Positions 19,835 through 29,952 of a stretch of 64,000 bases of DNA are shown here, piece after piece. Each line of letters begins with the position of its first letter. Position 1 is the first letter of the stretch. The stretch lies in assembly GCA_963695555.1 (NCBI GenBank), contig CAVOGR010000003.1, forward strand, positions 1-64,000, written 5' to 3'. A program made the position numbers and the translations under genes. The notes under the pieces are model-generated. The model was not told the DNA's origin and made no database searches. It saw only the letters and a list, made by a program, of their open reading frames with translations. This DNA is from an uncultured Gemmatimonadales bacterium (GTDB lineage: Bacteria; Gemmatimonadota; Gemmatimonadetes; Gemmatimonadales; GWC2-71-9).

Positions 19835-20611
19835 TTACCACACCAGCCCGAGAAACGATGCCGCGATACGGAGCCCGATCAGGGTGAGGGCCGGCTCCAC
19901 CGACTCGATGTTCTTGGTCAGCGGCGCCACGGTACGTGCGATGCCCCCCGTGGCCACGATCTTCGGGCTACTCGAGCCGGGCCACTCGGCGCGAATGCGT
20001 ACGATCATGCCGTCGACTGCGTCGGCCGCCCCGAACAACACACCCGCCTGAATGCAGTCTTCCGTCCGCCGCCCGATGACCATCGTGGGCGGCTCGAGCT
20101 CGGTGGCCGGCAGCTTCGCGGCCTGGCGCGTCAGCTGATCGGCCGATGTCCGGAGGCCCGGCATGATGGCGCCGCCGATGAAACGGCCGTCGCACACACA
20201 ATCGAACGTGGTCGCCGTCCCGAAATCAACGACGACGGCATCGCGCCCGAGGCGCTCGATGGCCGCAAGGGCATTGACGATTCGGTCCGCCCCCACACTG
20301 AGGGGCTCATCGACGTCGAGCTCGAGCGGGAGCTTCGACCGCGGCGTCACCGAGACCACTTGGGCGCCCGTGGTCAGCTCGAGTCCTTCCACCACACTTC
20401 GGGTAACCCCCGGCGCCACCGAGGCCAGGCACACGGCCTTGACCTCGTTGGGCGAATGACCGGAGTGAATCAGAAACCCACCGAAGGCGGCTCCCCACTC
20501 GTCCGGCGTGCGATCGGGCCCCGTGGTCATGCGCCATTGGCGCAGCAACCGGGTCCCGGAAAAGAGACCGGCCGTGATTTCCGTGTTGCCGATATCGACG
20601 GTGAGCAGCAT
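19835..20611 (-). CDS. coaX: Type III pantothenate kinase
   Basis: VDIGNT, VGADRIVN, VDFGTATTFD, GGAIMPG and ATGG. Confidence 0.95.
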   Translation of the reverse strand: MLLTVDIGNTEITAGLFSGTRLLRQWRMTTGPDRTPDEWGAAFGGFLIHSGHSPNEVKAVCLASVAPGVTRSVVEGLELTTGAQVVSVTPRSKLPLELDVDEPLSVGADRIVNALAAIERLGRDAVVVDFGTATTFDCVCDGRFIGGAIMPGLRTSADQLTRQAAKLPATELEPPTMVIGRRTEDCIQAGVLFGAADAVDGMIVRIRAEWPGSSSPKIVATGGIARTVAPLTKNIESVEPALTLIGLRIAASFLGLVW

Positions 20612-20621
20612 AGCGAGAATT

Positions 20622-21386
20622 CTAGGAGGTCCCCGGCCTCGGCGTAAGCCGCGCCGCTCGAGGGACCGGTCGAGCGCCCGATGGTTCGACCGCCACCGAA
20701 CCGCTCGAGACCGACACGATCGCGCCCGAAGGATCGGTCACCAGAAGGGCGCCGGACGGATCGATGCCCGCACCGACACCACCGGACACGGGGTCGTGAA
20801 TCCGCCTGCCACGAAGCCAGTCGCGCCGCTCGAGCCGCGCCAAGTCGGCTGGTGACAGCTCACGGTCGAGCGAGAGGCGGCAGAGCGCCGTCACGACGGG
20901 CAGAGCCAGATCGTCGGGCCCCAGGTTTCGCGGGCCCGGATAGTTCTTCACCGCACCGGCATCGGGAACCGATACCGGCGGGTCGTTCGCGACATTGATC
21001 CCGACGCCGATCGCAGCCCACTCCGCCCGCTCGCCATGCCACCGGACCTCGCACAGGATCCCACCGATCTTGGCGGTGCCGATCATGAGGTCGTTGGGCC
21101 ACTTGAGCATGACCTTCGGCACTCCGGCCGATTCGAGTGCCTCGGCCACGGCTAGGCCGGCGCTCAGACTCAGCACCAGCGGAAGCGCTGACTCCGCCGT
21201 GGGGCGCCTGAGGACGCTGAGCCAGAGCCCGCCCACGGGTGATTGCCATTGCCGCCCCCGGCTACCGCGCCCGGCCGTCTGTTCGCCTGCCACGACCGCG
21301 GTCCCATCCGGCGCTCCCTCTTCCGCCAACCGGTGGATTTCGTCCTGCGTGGAGGCCACGCGCTCGAGGTTGATCAGTCGAGGCAT
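20622..21386 (-). CDS. birA: Biotin--[acetyl-CoA-carboxylase] ligase without HTH domain
   Basis: STQDE, QTAGRGSRGRQWQSP, KWPND, KIGGILCE and GVGINV; ATG at 21386. Confidence 0.92.
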   Translation of the reverse strand: MPRLINLERVASTQDEIHRLAEEGAPDGTAVVAGEQTAGRGSRGRQWQSPVGGLWLSVLRRPTAESALPLVLSLSAGLAVAEALESAGVPKVMLKWPNDLMIGTAKIGGILCEVRWHGERAEWAAIGVGINVANDPPVSVPDAGAVKNYPGPRNLGPDDLALPVVTALCRLSLDRELSPADLARLERRDWLRGRRIHDPVSGGVGAGIDPSGALLVTDPSGAIVSVSSGSVAVEPSGARPVPRAARLTPRPGTS

Positions 21387-22180
21387 CAGTGACCCAGCAC
21401 GACGAACCAGATCAGTGTGAATGCGCCCGCGGCCACACAGTACGGGGCGAAGCGATGGAACACGCCGCGCCGAAGGAGCGCGACCAGGAACCGGATCGCG
21501 AGGATGCCGGACACGAGCGCGCCCAGGAACGCCCACACATGACCGGGTCCGATCGTGCCGAGATCCGCCCCGGCCCCGGCCAGCTCCAGGACCCCACTCC
21601 CCGCGATCGCGATGACCGAGAGCAGGAACGAGAACTCGGCGGCCTGGTACGGACCGACCCGGCCCCAGAGTGCCGCACTGATGGTGCTGCCCGACCGCGA
21701 GATTCCCGGCAGAATTGCGACGGCCTGGGCAAGCCCGATCACCAGCGCATCGAGCGGGCGCACCGACCCACGGGTCGCGCGGGCCCGCACCCACCGCGTG
21801 CTCCACAACACCAGTGCCGTGATGAGGAAACTCACGCCTACCAGGCGATACGAGTGGAAATACCGCTCGAAGAAATCGTGGAACACAAACCCGACGATTG
21901 CGGCCGGGACCGACCCCAGCGCCAACAACCCGGCAAAACTCCAACTCGACCGGTCGCCCCGCGCCATTCCGCTGAGCACATTCACGATCCTGCCCCGGTA
22001 CACGATCACGACCGACGCCAGCGTCGCCACATGCAACAACACCTCGAACGCGACCCCGGGTGAGCGATAGCCGAGCAGTCCTTCGGCGACCACCAGGTGA
22101 CCGGAGCTGGAAATCGGCAGGAACTCCGACAGGCCCTGGACCAGTCCGAGCAGGAGGCCTTCCCACCAGGACAGGGTCAT
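21386..22180 (-). CDS. uppP: Undecaprenyl-diphosphate phosphatase
   Basis: GLVQGLSEFLPISSSGH and PGISRSGSTI motifs. Confidence 0.95.
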   Translation of the reverse strand: MTLSWWEGLLLGLVQGLSEFLPISSSGHLVVAEGLLGYRSPGVAFEVLLHVATLASVVIVYRGRIVNVLSGMARGDRSSWSFAGLLALGSVPAAIVGFVFHDFFERYFHSYRLVGVSFLITALVLWSTRWVRARATRGSVRPLDALVIGLAQAVAILPGISRSGSTISAALWGRVGPYQAAEFSFLLSVIAIAGSGVLELAGAGADLGTIGPGHVWAFLGALVSGILAIRFLVALLRRGVFHRFAPYCVAAGAFTLIWFVVLGH

Positions 22181-23301
22181 CCGAGCGCGTCGTGATACAG
22201 GGCCTCGTACATCGGCACGATTGTCTCGGCGGAATAGCGTGCGGCTTTGGCGATCGCGGCGTCGCGCATGGCCTGATAGCGGGCCGGATCTCGCAGCAGT
22301 TCAACGGCCCGGCGTCCCATTGCCTCCACCGATCCGACCGGCTCGAGGATCCCATTCTCCGCGTCATCGATGAGCTCGGGTACTCCGCCCGCCCGGGTGC
22401 TCACCACCGGCGCGCCGCACGCCATCGCTTCGAGTGCCGCGAGCCCGAACGATTCCGATTGGGACGGGAGCAGGAAGAGGTCGCTCGCCTGAAGCAGACT
22501 GATGACCGACTCGAGCCGCCCGAGGAATCGCACGTCCTGCTCAACACCGAGCGCCCGGGCTTCACCTTCGGCCAGTTCCCGGTCCGGCCCATCCCCGATC
22601 ATGATCATGGTGGCCTTCATGTAGCGGTGGATGCGCGCGAAGACCCGGATGACGTCCTTGACCCGTTTGACCTCGCGGAAATTCGAGGCATGGCAGATGA
22701 TCTTGTGGTCCGGCGGAGCCAGTCCCTCCCGGGCCGATGATTCGTCGGGGCGATACTCGGTGAGGTTGACGAAGTTGGGAATCACGCGGAGGTCGCACTG
22801 GACACAGCCGAACGCGCGATTGGTTTCATCCTTGAGGTACTCGGACACCGCGCTGACGCGATCCGATTGCTCGATCGAAAACTTGGTGATGGCGTAGAAG
22901 CTCGACTCCTGACCCACCAGGGTGATGTCGGTCCCGTGCAGTGTCGTGATGACTTTGACGGGCACCTGGTCGGCCAACATCTCCCGAGCCAAATACGCCG
23001 TGGTGGCGTGGGGAATGGCGTAGTGTACGTGGAGCACATCGAGTTTTTCCCGCAGGACCACCTCGTGCTGCTTCGACGCGAGCGCCAAGGTGTAGGGGAA
23101 GTATTCGAACAGTGGATAGCGATTGATGCGCGTCTCGACCTCGTGCAGGTAGACCCGCTCGACATAGCCGCGGAGCCTGAAGGGCGAGGCGTAGGTAATG
23201 AAATGGACCTCATGGCCCCGCTGCGCCAGCTCGAGACCGAGCTCGGTGGCAACGGCGCCGGAGCCGCCGTAGGTCGGATAGCAGGTTATCCCAATGCGCA
23301 T
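22177..23301 (-). CDS. bshA: N-acetyl-alpha-D-glucosaminyl L-malate synthase (GT4)
   Basis: MRIGITCYPTYGGSG, HVHYAIPHA, TTLHGTDITLVG, SNFREVKR and ESFGLAALEAMACG. Confidence 0.92.
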   Translation of the reverse strand: MRIGITCYPTYGGSGAVATELGLELAQRGHEVHFITYASPFRLRGYVERVYLHEVETRINRYPLFEYFPYTLALASKQHEVVLREKLDVLHVHYAIPHATTAYLAREMLADQVPVKVITTLHGTDITLVGQESSFYAITKFSIEQSDRVSAVSEYLKDETNRAFGCVQCDLRVIPNFVNLTEYRPDESSAREGLAPPDHKIICHASNFREVKRVKDVIRVFARIHRYMKATMIMIGDGPDRELAEGEARALGVEQDVRFLGRLESVISLLQASDLFLLPSQSESFGLAALEAMACGAPVVSTRAGGVPELIDDAENGILEPVGSVEAMGRRAVELLRDPARYQAMRDAAIAKAARYSAETIVPMYEALYHDALG

Positions 23302-23338
23302 GGTCGTCGTCGTGTTTGGGTGACCGGCGGCGCGTCGA

Positions 23339-24265
23339 TCAGCGCTGCTCGGCGCGGGTCCACGCGTGGATGATCTGGTCGGCCACCGCCGGCGGCGAGG
23401 GAGTCGCGTCCAGCACGAGCACTTCTCCCGCCAGCTGGTGCCTGAACCAGGTCTCCTGGCGCTTGGCATATTGCCGGGTGCTGGTAGCCACCGCCTCGGC
23501 AACGCTCTCACGGCTGCGGTGCCCGTGAAGATACTCAACCGCTTCCCGGATCCCGATGGCGTCGAGCCCGGGCGCCTTGGGCGAGAGTCCCTCGGCCAGC
23601 ACCGCCGCCACTTCTTGAATCAGACCGCGCTCGACCATCTCCTGGGCCCGCCGCTCGATCCGCTGATGAAGCACCTGTCGCGGCACCGTGAGCACCACAT
23701 ACCAGGGATCGATCGCACCCCGGGTCTTGGCCGCGCGCTGCCAGAAGCTGAGCGGCCGTCCGGTCAGGAGCGCGATCTCGACCCCACGGCTCGCGCGCTG
23801 ACGTCCACCACCCGAAAAGGTCGGGTCGAACCGGCTCGCGAATCGCACCAGCTCGCGGCTGTCGAGCGTCGCGGCCCAGGTGGCAACGGCTCGGCGGCGC
23901 GCGGCATCGAGCGGCGGCTCGAGGAACAGACCGTCCGCAAGAGCGCGAATGTACAGTCCGGTTCCGCCGACCACCACCGGCATCCGGCCCCGAGCCCTGA
24001 TCTCCTTGATCCACCGTGCCGCATCCGCGGCAAACCGGCCCGCGCTGTAGCGCTGGCCCGGGTCGACTTGATTCAAACCATGGTGGACCACGGCGGCGCA
24101 CTGTTTGGGCGTGGGCTTCGCGGTCCCGATATCGAGCCGACGGTAGATCTGCCGCGAGTCGGCCGAGATGATCTCGAGCGGCCATGATGCCGCGAGCGCC
24201 AACGCCACCGCCGTCTTCCCCACTGCCGTGGGGCCAACGATCACGGGGACCCTAGCGCCGGCCAA
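23339..24265 (-). CDS. miaA: tRNA dimethylallyltransferase (start approximate, TTG)
   Basis: GPTAVGKT, SADSRQIYRRLDIGTAKP, VGGTGLY and YAKRQETWF; follows mutL. Confidence 0.93.
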   Translation of the reverse strand: MAGARVPVIVGPTAVGKTAVALALAASWPLEIISADSRQIYRRLDIGTAKPTPKQCAAVVHHGLNQVDPGQRYSAGRFAADAARWIKEIRARGRMPVVVGGTGLYIRALADGLFLEPPLDAARRRAVATWAATLDSRELVRFASRFDPTFSGGGRQRASRGVEIALLTGRPLSFWQRAAKTRGAIDPWYVVLTVPRQVLHQRIERRAQEMVERGLIQEVAAVLAEGLSPKAPGLDAIGIREAVEYLHGHRSRESVAEAVATSTRQYAKRQETWFRHQLAGEVLVLDATPSPPAVADQIIHAWTRAEQR

Positions 24266-25970
24266 ACCGACGCTCCAACTCCTCTTTGGGTAGTTGCACG
24301 ATGGTCGCGCGGCCGTGCACGTCGTGCGGCGGGAGCTCGGTCTCGAACAGCCTGAGGAGCAGCTGGCGCATTTCCGCCTCGCCCAAGGACTGCCCCGCTT
24401 TGACCGCGGCCCGGCACGCGTAGGTGGCGGCGAATCGCTCCAGCTGGTTGGCCCACCCGCCGAATCGGCCGCGGGCAAGGTCTGCGACCACCTCCCGGAA
24501 ACACGCGAGCGCGTCGAATCTGGGATGAGGCGCGGGCGTGGCTGTGATGATCACGCTCCGCCCACCAAACGCCTCGACCTCGAACCCGATCCGGGCCAAA
24601 TGGTCGCGATGTAGTTCCACGACCTCGAGTTCTTCGTCGGTCAGCTCCACCGTGATAGGAAGCAGAAGCCGCTGGGAGCTGGGATCGCTCCCGCTGAGGT
24701 GAGCCATGACGCTTTCGTAGAGCACCCGTTCGTGGGCGGAGTGTTGATCGACGATCACCATCCCATCGGGCGCTTCGTAGCAGATGTAGGTATCGAACAG
24801 CTGAAGGAGCGGGACCCCGAATCCGCCCTGCCCCGTCTGATCACCGGCAGGCCCAGGCTCGCTCGACGAAGCGCCATCGCCTGCCGTTCCGGGCGCCGGC
24901 GCAAAGAGGCTCGCAGTATCCCGACCTCCCGCGCTCGCCATGCCCGGCATGGGCCGCCAGCTCCCGACCCGCGCCGCAGCAGCCGGCTCGCCGAGCGCCA
25001 GGTGAACGGCCTCTTCGACGGCACGCTCTGCCCCGTAACGATCGCGGAAGCGGACCTCGCGCTTGGCGGGGTGCACGTTGACATCGACTTCCTGGGAATC
25101 GGTGACGATCGACAAGCAAAGCGACGGCCGGTCCCCGGGATGGATGGCCGCGCGATATCCAGCCTCCGCCGCCCGGATGAGGAACGCATCCTTGAATGGC
25201 CGGCCATTGATGAGCAGGAGCGTTCGTCTGCCGCTCGGGCTCGCATCGGCCGGCCGCTGCGCGAAACCCTCAACTTTGAACCGTCCAACGGCGTGCGCCA
25301 ATGGAATGAGCGTGCCGGCCAGGTCCTGCCCCCATACCCCAATGAGTCGTTCGTCGAGCGTTTGGTCGGCCGGCACCTGGAGTCGGAGCCGTTCGTCGAT
25401 GGTAAGTTCGAAGCCGATGGCCGGGTGGGCCAGTGCCAGTGTGGCAACAACATCGTGCGAGGCGCGCGTTTCACTCGACACCGAACGCAGAAACTTTCGG
25501 CGGGCGGGCGTGTTGTAAAACAGGCTCTGGACGGACACGGTGGTGCCGCGCTGGCGGGCGATCGGCTTCACCTGTTCGATCCGCCCGCCGGCCACGGTGA
25601 TCTCGGTGCCCTCCGTATCGCCGTCGGACGTGGACAGCGAAAAGCGGGACACCGACGCGATCGAGGGAAGCGCCTCGCCGCGGAAACCGAGCGTGGGAAC
25701 GCCGACCAGATCGGCCGCCGTGGTAATCTTGCTCGTGGCGTGGCGCTCGAGCGCGAGAATTGCATCCTCCCGATGCATTCCCGAGCCGTCGTCGCGCACG
25801 GTGATCCGCTTCTTACCACCCTGCTCCAACTCGACCGCAATGTGGCTCGCGCCGGCATCGATTGCATTCTCGACCAATTCCTTCACGACTGACGCCGGGC
25901 GTTCGACGACCTCGCCCGCCGCAATTTGATCGGCGACCGCGTCCGGCAGGATCGCGATGGTACGGGGCAT
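24252..25970 (-). CDS. mutL: DNA mismatch repair endonuclease MutL
   Basis: IAAGEVVERPASVVKELVENAIDAGA, GFRGEAL, DVNVHPAKREV and DQHSAHERVLYE. Confidence 0.96.
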   Translation of the reverse strand: MPRTIAILPDAVADQIAAGEVVERPASVVKELVENAIDAGASHIAVELEQGGKKRITVRDDGSGMHREDAILALERHATSKITTAADLVGVPTLGFRGEALPSIASVSRFSLSTSDGDTEGTEITVAGGRIEQVKPIARQRGTTVSVQSLFYNTPARRKFLRSVSSETRASHDVVATLALAHPAIGFELTIDERLRLQVPADQTLDERLIGVWGQDLAGTLIPLAHAVGRFKVEGFAQRPADASPSGRRTLLLINGRPFKDAFLIRAAEAGYRAAIHPGDRPSLCLSIVTDSQEVDVNVHPAKREVRFRDRYGAERAVEEAVHLALGEPAAAARVGSWRPMPGMASAGGRDTASLFAPAPGTAGDGASSSEPGPAGDQTGQGGFGVPLLQLFDTYICYEAPDGMVIVDQHSAHERVLYESVMAHLSGSDPSSQRLLLPITVELTDEELEVVELHRDHLARIGFEVEAFGGRSVIITATPAPHPRFDALACFREVVADLARGRFGGWANQLERFAATYACRAAVKAGQSLGEAEMRQLLLRLFETELPPHDVHGRATIVQLPKEELERRFGRR

Positions 25971-28324
25971 CAGCGCGGGCCCTCCTGGCCGAGCCCGACG
26001 ATCTCCGCGTCCATGAGCCAGCCACGCCGATCGGACGGCGAGCGCACCAGCCACCATCCGCGGGCTCGGTTGGTCACCCGGACAACCGCCCCCGCGCTGA
26101 CGTCGGTCAATTCGGGTGCTCGCTCGTGCGGTGCAACCCGGAGATGGGTATCGAGCACGACGATGGCAATTGGCGCCGCTTCGCGATGGGTGATCCATGC
26201 GGCAGCCGCGCCCAGCACCACCGCCGCTCCGAGTGCCACGGCCCAGCGTCTTGCCCACTCGGGTTTCAGCATCAGACCGAGCCACCCGGCCAACCAGACC
26301 AGGGTGGCCAACAGCACCAGCTCCTGGGGGGTGACCGGTGGCACGCTGAGGAGGCTGGCCGAATCCCGGTCGGGCGGTGGCACCAACTCGAGGGCTCTGC
26401 GAATAGCGCCGTTCCTGGGGGCGAGCCGGAGTGCCGTGTTCCAGGCCCACGCGGCGCGCGCCTCCTGGCCCAGCCGGTAGTGCGCGGCGCCGAGGTTGTA
26501 CCAGTTGGCTGGGCTCTCGGGGTCTCGCGCGACGCGCGCCTGAAAACCGTCGGCCGCGGCCTGGAGCGCGCCGGTCTGGTACAGCGTTTCGGGTGAGGGC
26601 CCCTGGCCGTTCAATGGAGCATTCCCCAGCACGAGCAGCATGAATGCGGCCGTCGCGCCTCGGTGCCAGCCGCGACGCGGCCCGCGGCCGCGTACCTCGC
26701 GCACGAGTTCCTGCACTTCTGTAACCAGTGCCCGTGTCGCGGGACCCGTTGGGGCCGGTCCGTACCGCTCCTCCCGGAACCGGTGGCGGAGCGCCACCAG
26801 GCGTTCCGCGATGTCAGTCGGTTCACCGCTCATGCGGAGGGCTTCGACCAGGGCATGATCCTCACGGTCGTCCACATCGGGAACCAGCTGCCGCAGCAGG
26901 CTGTGGAGCTCGGCTTCCATCACTTGCCCGCTCGAAGGAGCCGCCGCGGGCGCCGATCGCCGGAGGCGATGCCACGGTATCCGCCGCGACACGAAGACCG
27001 CGACCGGTAACAGCCAGATGACCACCACAAACGGCAGCGGGACGGCATTGCCGATCCGGGTGAGGAGTGGTGTCCCGCTCCGCCGCAAGAGCGGCGGTGG
27101 CAGCGCGCGGGTCGATACCCGGGTCGACGGCGGCGCCACCGCAATGCGCGCGGCAGGTACCGTGGCCTCGCGGTAGGATCGACTGCGCGTGTCGTAGTAG
27201 GAATAGGTCACCGCAGGCAGCACCATCGTCCCGGCCGAATCGGGAATCACCACGTAGCGGAACCGTTTCGATCCGGCGATGCGCCCGTCGATCGACTGCA
27301 CTCGTTCCTCGTTCTGATCCGGATACGACCGCACACCCGGAGGCCAGCGCACGGCCGGCTCGGACCAAAGCGACAGATTGCCCTCCCCTTCGAGCGTCAT
27401 GTCGACGGTCAGCGGCTCCCCGGCCCTACCGACCGACGGCGTCACCGTGCGGCCCAGCTCGAGCCCGCGCGCAACAGAGCCGGAGAAGTCGGCTGGTTGG
27501 CCGCGCTCGGGCAAGGGCAGCGCCGTGATGTTCGCCGGGTCGCTCGCGAGCGAGAGGCGCTCTTCCTGGCTGAAGAACTGGAGGGCCAGCGGCACGCTGT
27601 ACCGCAGCATGGCCGGCTCGATCTCGTGGTCGCCGGGGGCCAGTGGAAAGACCACCTCGTGGGTGATGAAGAGATCGTACCACACCCCACCGACCATCCG
27701 GCTCGCGGCAATCCCGACCGGGGTGGGTTGCGGATAGGTCCACATTCCCTCGACCGTCGGCGGCTCGAGCGTCGGGGGCCGCCGGAGGCGGAGCCTCAGG
27801 TCGCGGGGAATCCAGGCGACGGTGACCATGTCCACCTGCTCGCCCACCAACACCGTGTCCGATGACAGCAGCACCTGGAGCGCGACCTTGCCACCCAGAC
27901 CGCGGGGCGGACCACGGTTCAGCACCCGCGCCACCCGCGGATTCAACGTCGCGGCGACGGCGCCTTTGGCGTCGATCACCTCCACCTCGATCTCGCCCGT
28001 TTCCACGCGATGCGGGCCCTGGAGCGCAAACGCGGAGCCGATGGTCAGGAGACCGACTCGGGTGGCGCGAAGACGGATCTGGATCACGGTCGAGCGCAGT
28101 GGCGTCGGGTCGAATGCCACCTCCGTGCGTTCCGATCGGGAGATCAGCTCGAACCCGTCCAGCATCGGCACCTGCACGTAGAGCGGCGGAATATCCGACC
28201 GGGTCGATGTCCTGATGGTGAGGATGAGTTCCTCCCCGACCGCGAGCGTCGCGCGATCTACCGACGCGGAAATCCGCGGCGGCTCGGCCTGCATGCCCAC
28301 CGCTAACAGCAGCGCGCCTACCAA
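25970..28324 (-). CDS. BatD-family protein fused to BatE-like TPR + SH3 domains
   Basis: Ig-like BatD repeats (ASVDRATLAVGE; GEGNL), TM segment, TPR (WYNLGAAHYRLG), TM pair, SH3b (RRGWL); TTG start near 28324. Confidence 0.75.
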   Translation of the reverse strand: MVGALLLAVGMQAEPPRISASVDRATLAVGEELILTIRTSTRSDIPPLYVQVPMLDGFELISRSERTEVAFDPTPLRSTVIQIRLRATRVGLLTIGSAFALQGPHRVETGEIEVEVIDAKGAVAATLNPRVARVLNRGPPRGLGGKVALQVLLSSDTVLVGEQVDMVTVAWIPRDLRLRLRRPPTLEPPTVEGMWTYPQPTPVGIAASRMVGGVWYDLFITHEVVFPLAPGDHEIEPAMLRYSVPLALQFFSQEERLSLASDPANITALPLPERGQPADFSGSVARGLELGRTVTPSVGRAGEPLTVDMTLEGEGNLSLWSEPAVRWPPGVRSYPDQNEERVQSIDGRIAGSKRFRYVVIPDSAGTMVLPAVTYSYYDTRSRSYREATVPAARIAVAPPSTRVSTRALPPPLLRRSGTPLLTRIGNAVPLPFVVVIWLLPVAVFVSRRIPWHRLRRSAPAAAPSSGQVMEAELHSLLRQLVPDVDDREDHALVEALRMSGEPTDIAERLVALRHRFREERYGPAPTGPATRALVTEVQELVREVRGRGPRRGWHRGATAAFMLLVLGNAPLNGQGPSPETLYQTGALQAAADGFQARVARDPESPANWYNLGAAHYRLGQEARAAWAWNTALRLAPRNGAIRRALELVPPPDRDSASLLSVPPVTPQELVLLATLVWLAGWLGLMLKPEWARRWAVALGAAVVLGAAAAWITHREAAPIAIVVLDTHLRVAPHERAPELTDVSAGAVVRVTNRARGWWLVRSPSDRRGWLMDAEIVGLGQEGPR

Positions 28325-29952
28325 TCTTTCCTCCCGGGGATGCCGCCGCCACGCAGGCGCCGGAGCTGTTGCGCGCGGGTCTCCCGCTCCTCCCGTTCCA
28401 CCGAGTTCAGGATCTGTTCCGCTTGCGCCTCTGTGAGCGAGCCGCTCTCGGGCGGTGGGGTATTCGGCTCCTGCTCCGACTGCCCGCCACCTTGTGGTGG
28501 TGGCGTGCCTCCACCGCCTCCCCCGCCGCTTGGGGGCGGGTTTCGATCGCGGATGGTGAGTTCGAGGTTCCACTTGGCCCGCTGGGAAGCCGGCTGCAGC
28601 AACAGAGCCTGCTTCAAGCTCGCGGCCGCGATGTCCAACAGGCTGTCGCGACCCGCGGAGTCCTGCTGTGCTTGCTGTATCGCGGCGACACCGGCGTTGT
28701 ACAGCGCCCGATAGCGCAGCGCGGGATCCACCGAGTTCCCGGCCTGGGTCAGGGCGGCTCGGGCGGGTTCGAGCCGCCCTGCGACGAGTGCCGCGGTGCC
28801 GGCGTTGTAGAACGCCGTATCCGCGGCGGACCCCTCCTTCGCCTCCTCCAGGAATGCCGTCGCTGCGCGCTCGGGCCGGCCGTCAGACATCGCGCGGACC
28901 CCTGGAGACGGCCGCTGCGCGGTGCTCACTCCGGGCGCGAGCAGAAGACCGGCGAGCGCGATCAGCGAGGCACTCCGGCGGGCCGCCGTCTGCGCCAGCA
29001 AGAGCAGCATCGCGGCCAAGAGCGGGATCCAGGCCAGGGGTCGGAGATCGGCGGTTCGCGTTTCGGAAGTGGGCATGCGCTTGAAGGCGCCAACCAGGTC
29101 GCGGATGGCACCGGCTTGATCGGGCACGTCGGCCGGCACCATGGTACCGCCGGCCGCCTCAGCCAGAGCCTGCAACACGTCGTCGCGGCGCGCGGTCTCC
29201 ACCAGGTTCCCCTCAGCGTCCCGCTTGTACTCGAGCAAGGTTCCTCGACTGTCGCGGATGGGAATGCGGGACGGTGCGGCTTCTCCTTCACCCACCAGAA
29301 TGAGGCGGACACCCAGGTCGCGAATCTCACGCGCCGCGGCCAGCGCCTCACTCAACGAGTCGTGGGTTTCTCCATCGGTGAACACCACCAGCACGCGATC
29401 CGACACGCTGGGCGCGGCGCCGAGAAGTTGGGCACCCTGGCGGAGCGCCGATGGGAGGCTCGTCCCGCCCTGGCTCGCGATGTCCGGGTCGAGTGCGTCG
29501 AGGTGCAGCACGATGGCGCTCCCGTCCACGGTGAGCGGAGCGAGGATATAGCTCCGGCCCGCGAACACGGTGAGGCCCAGGCGGTCTCCCTCCAGATCGT
29601 GAATCAACCGCCGTGCTTCCTTGACCGCACGGCCCAACCGGCTCGGCACCATGTCTTCGGCCAGCATCGACCGACTGATGTCGATGGACATGATCAGGCT
29701 GAGCGCCCGGGTCTCCGATGCGATCTCGATCCGGCCGCCCCGCGGCCCCGCGATCGCAATCGCGGCCAGGGCGCCGACCAGGGCCAGTGCGGCCGGCGAC
29801 CAGCGGCCGTTATCGCGGGCAAGCTTGGCCAGCTTCACCGACCAGTGCCGCGCCAAGCGCACCCGCCGCCGCCGAGCCAGCATAGCCAAGCCGCCACCCA
29901 ATCCGGCCAGGATCGGGACCAGCACCAGGAGTGCCGGGAACTCGAACATCAT
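28318..29952 (-). CDS. BatB-like VWA protein fused to BatC-like TPR domain
   Basis: MIDAS DISRSM, PLTVD, TDGE; TPR YNAG repeats; C-terminal EAQAEQILNSVE. Confidence 0.8.
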   Translation of the reverse strand: MMFEFPALLVLVPILAGLGGGLAMLARRRRVRLARHWSVKLAKLARDNGRWSPAALALVGALAAIAIAGPRGGRIEIASETRALSLIMSIDISRSMLAEDMVPSRLGRAVKEARRLIHDLEGDRLGLTVFAGRSYILAPLTVDGSAIVLHLDALDPDIASQGGTSLPSALRQGAQLLGAAPSVSDRVLVVFTDGETHDSLSEALAAAREIRDLGVRLILVGEGEAAPSRIPIRDSRGTLLEYKRDAEGNLVETARRDDVLQALAEAAGGTMVPADVPDQAGAIRDLVGAFKRMPTSETRTADLRPLAWIPLLAAMLLLLAQTAARRSASLIALAGLLLAPGVSTAQRPSPGVRAMSDGRPERAATAFLEEAKEGSAADTAFYNAGTAALVAGRLEPARAALTQAGNSVDPALRYRALYNAGVAAIQQAQQDSAGRDSLLDIAAASLKQALLLQPASQRAKWNLELTIRDRNPPPSGGGGGGGTPPPQGGGQSEQEPNTPPPESGSLTEAQAEQILNSVEREERETRAQQLRRLRGGGIPGRKDW

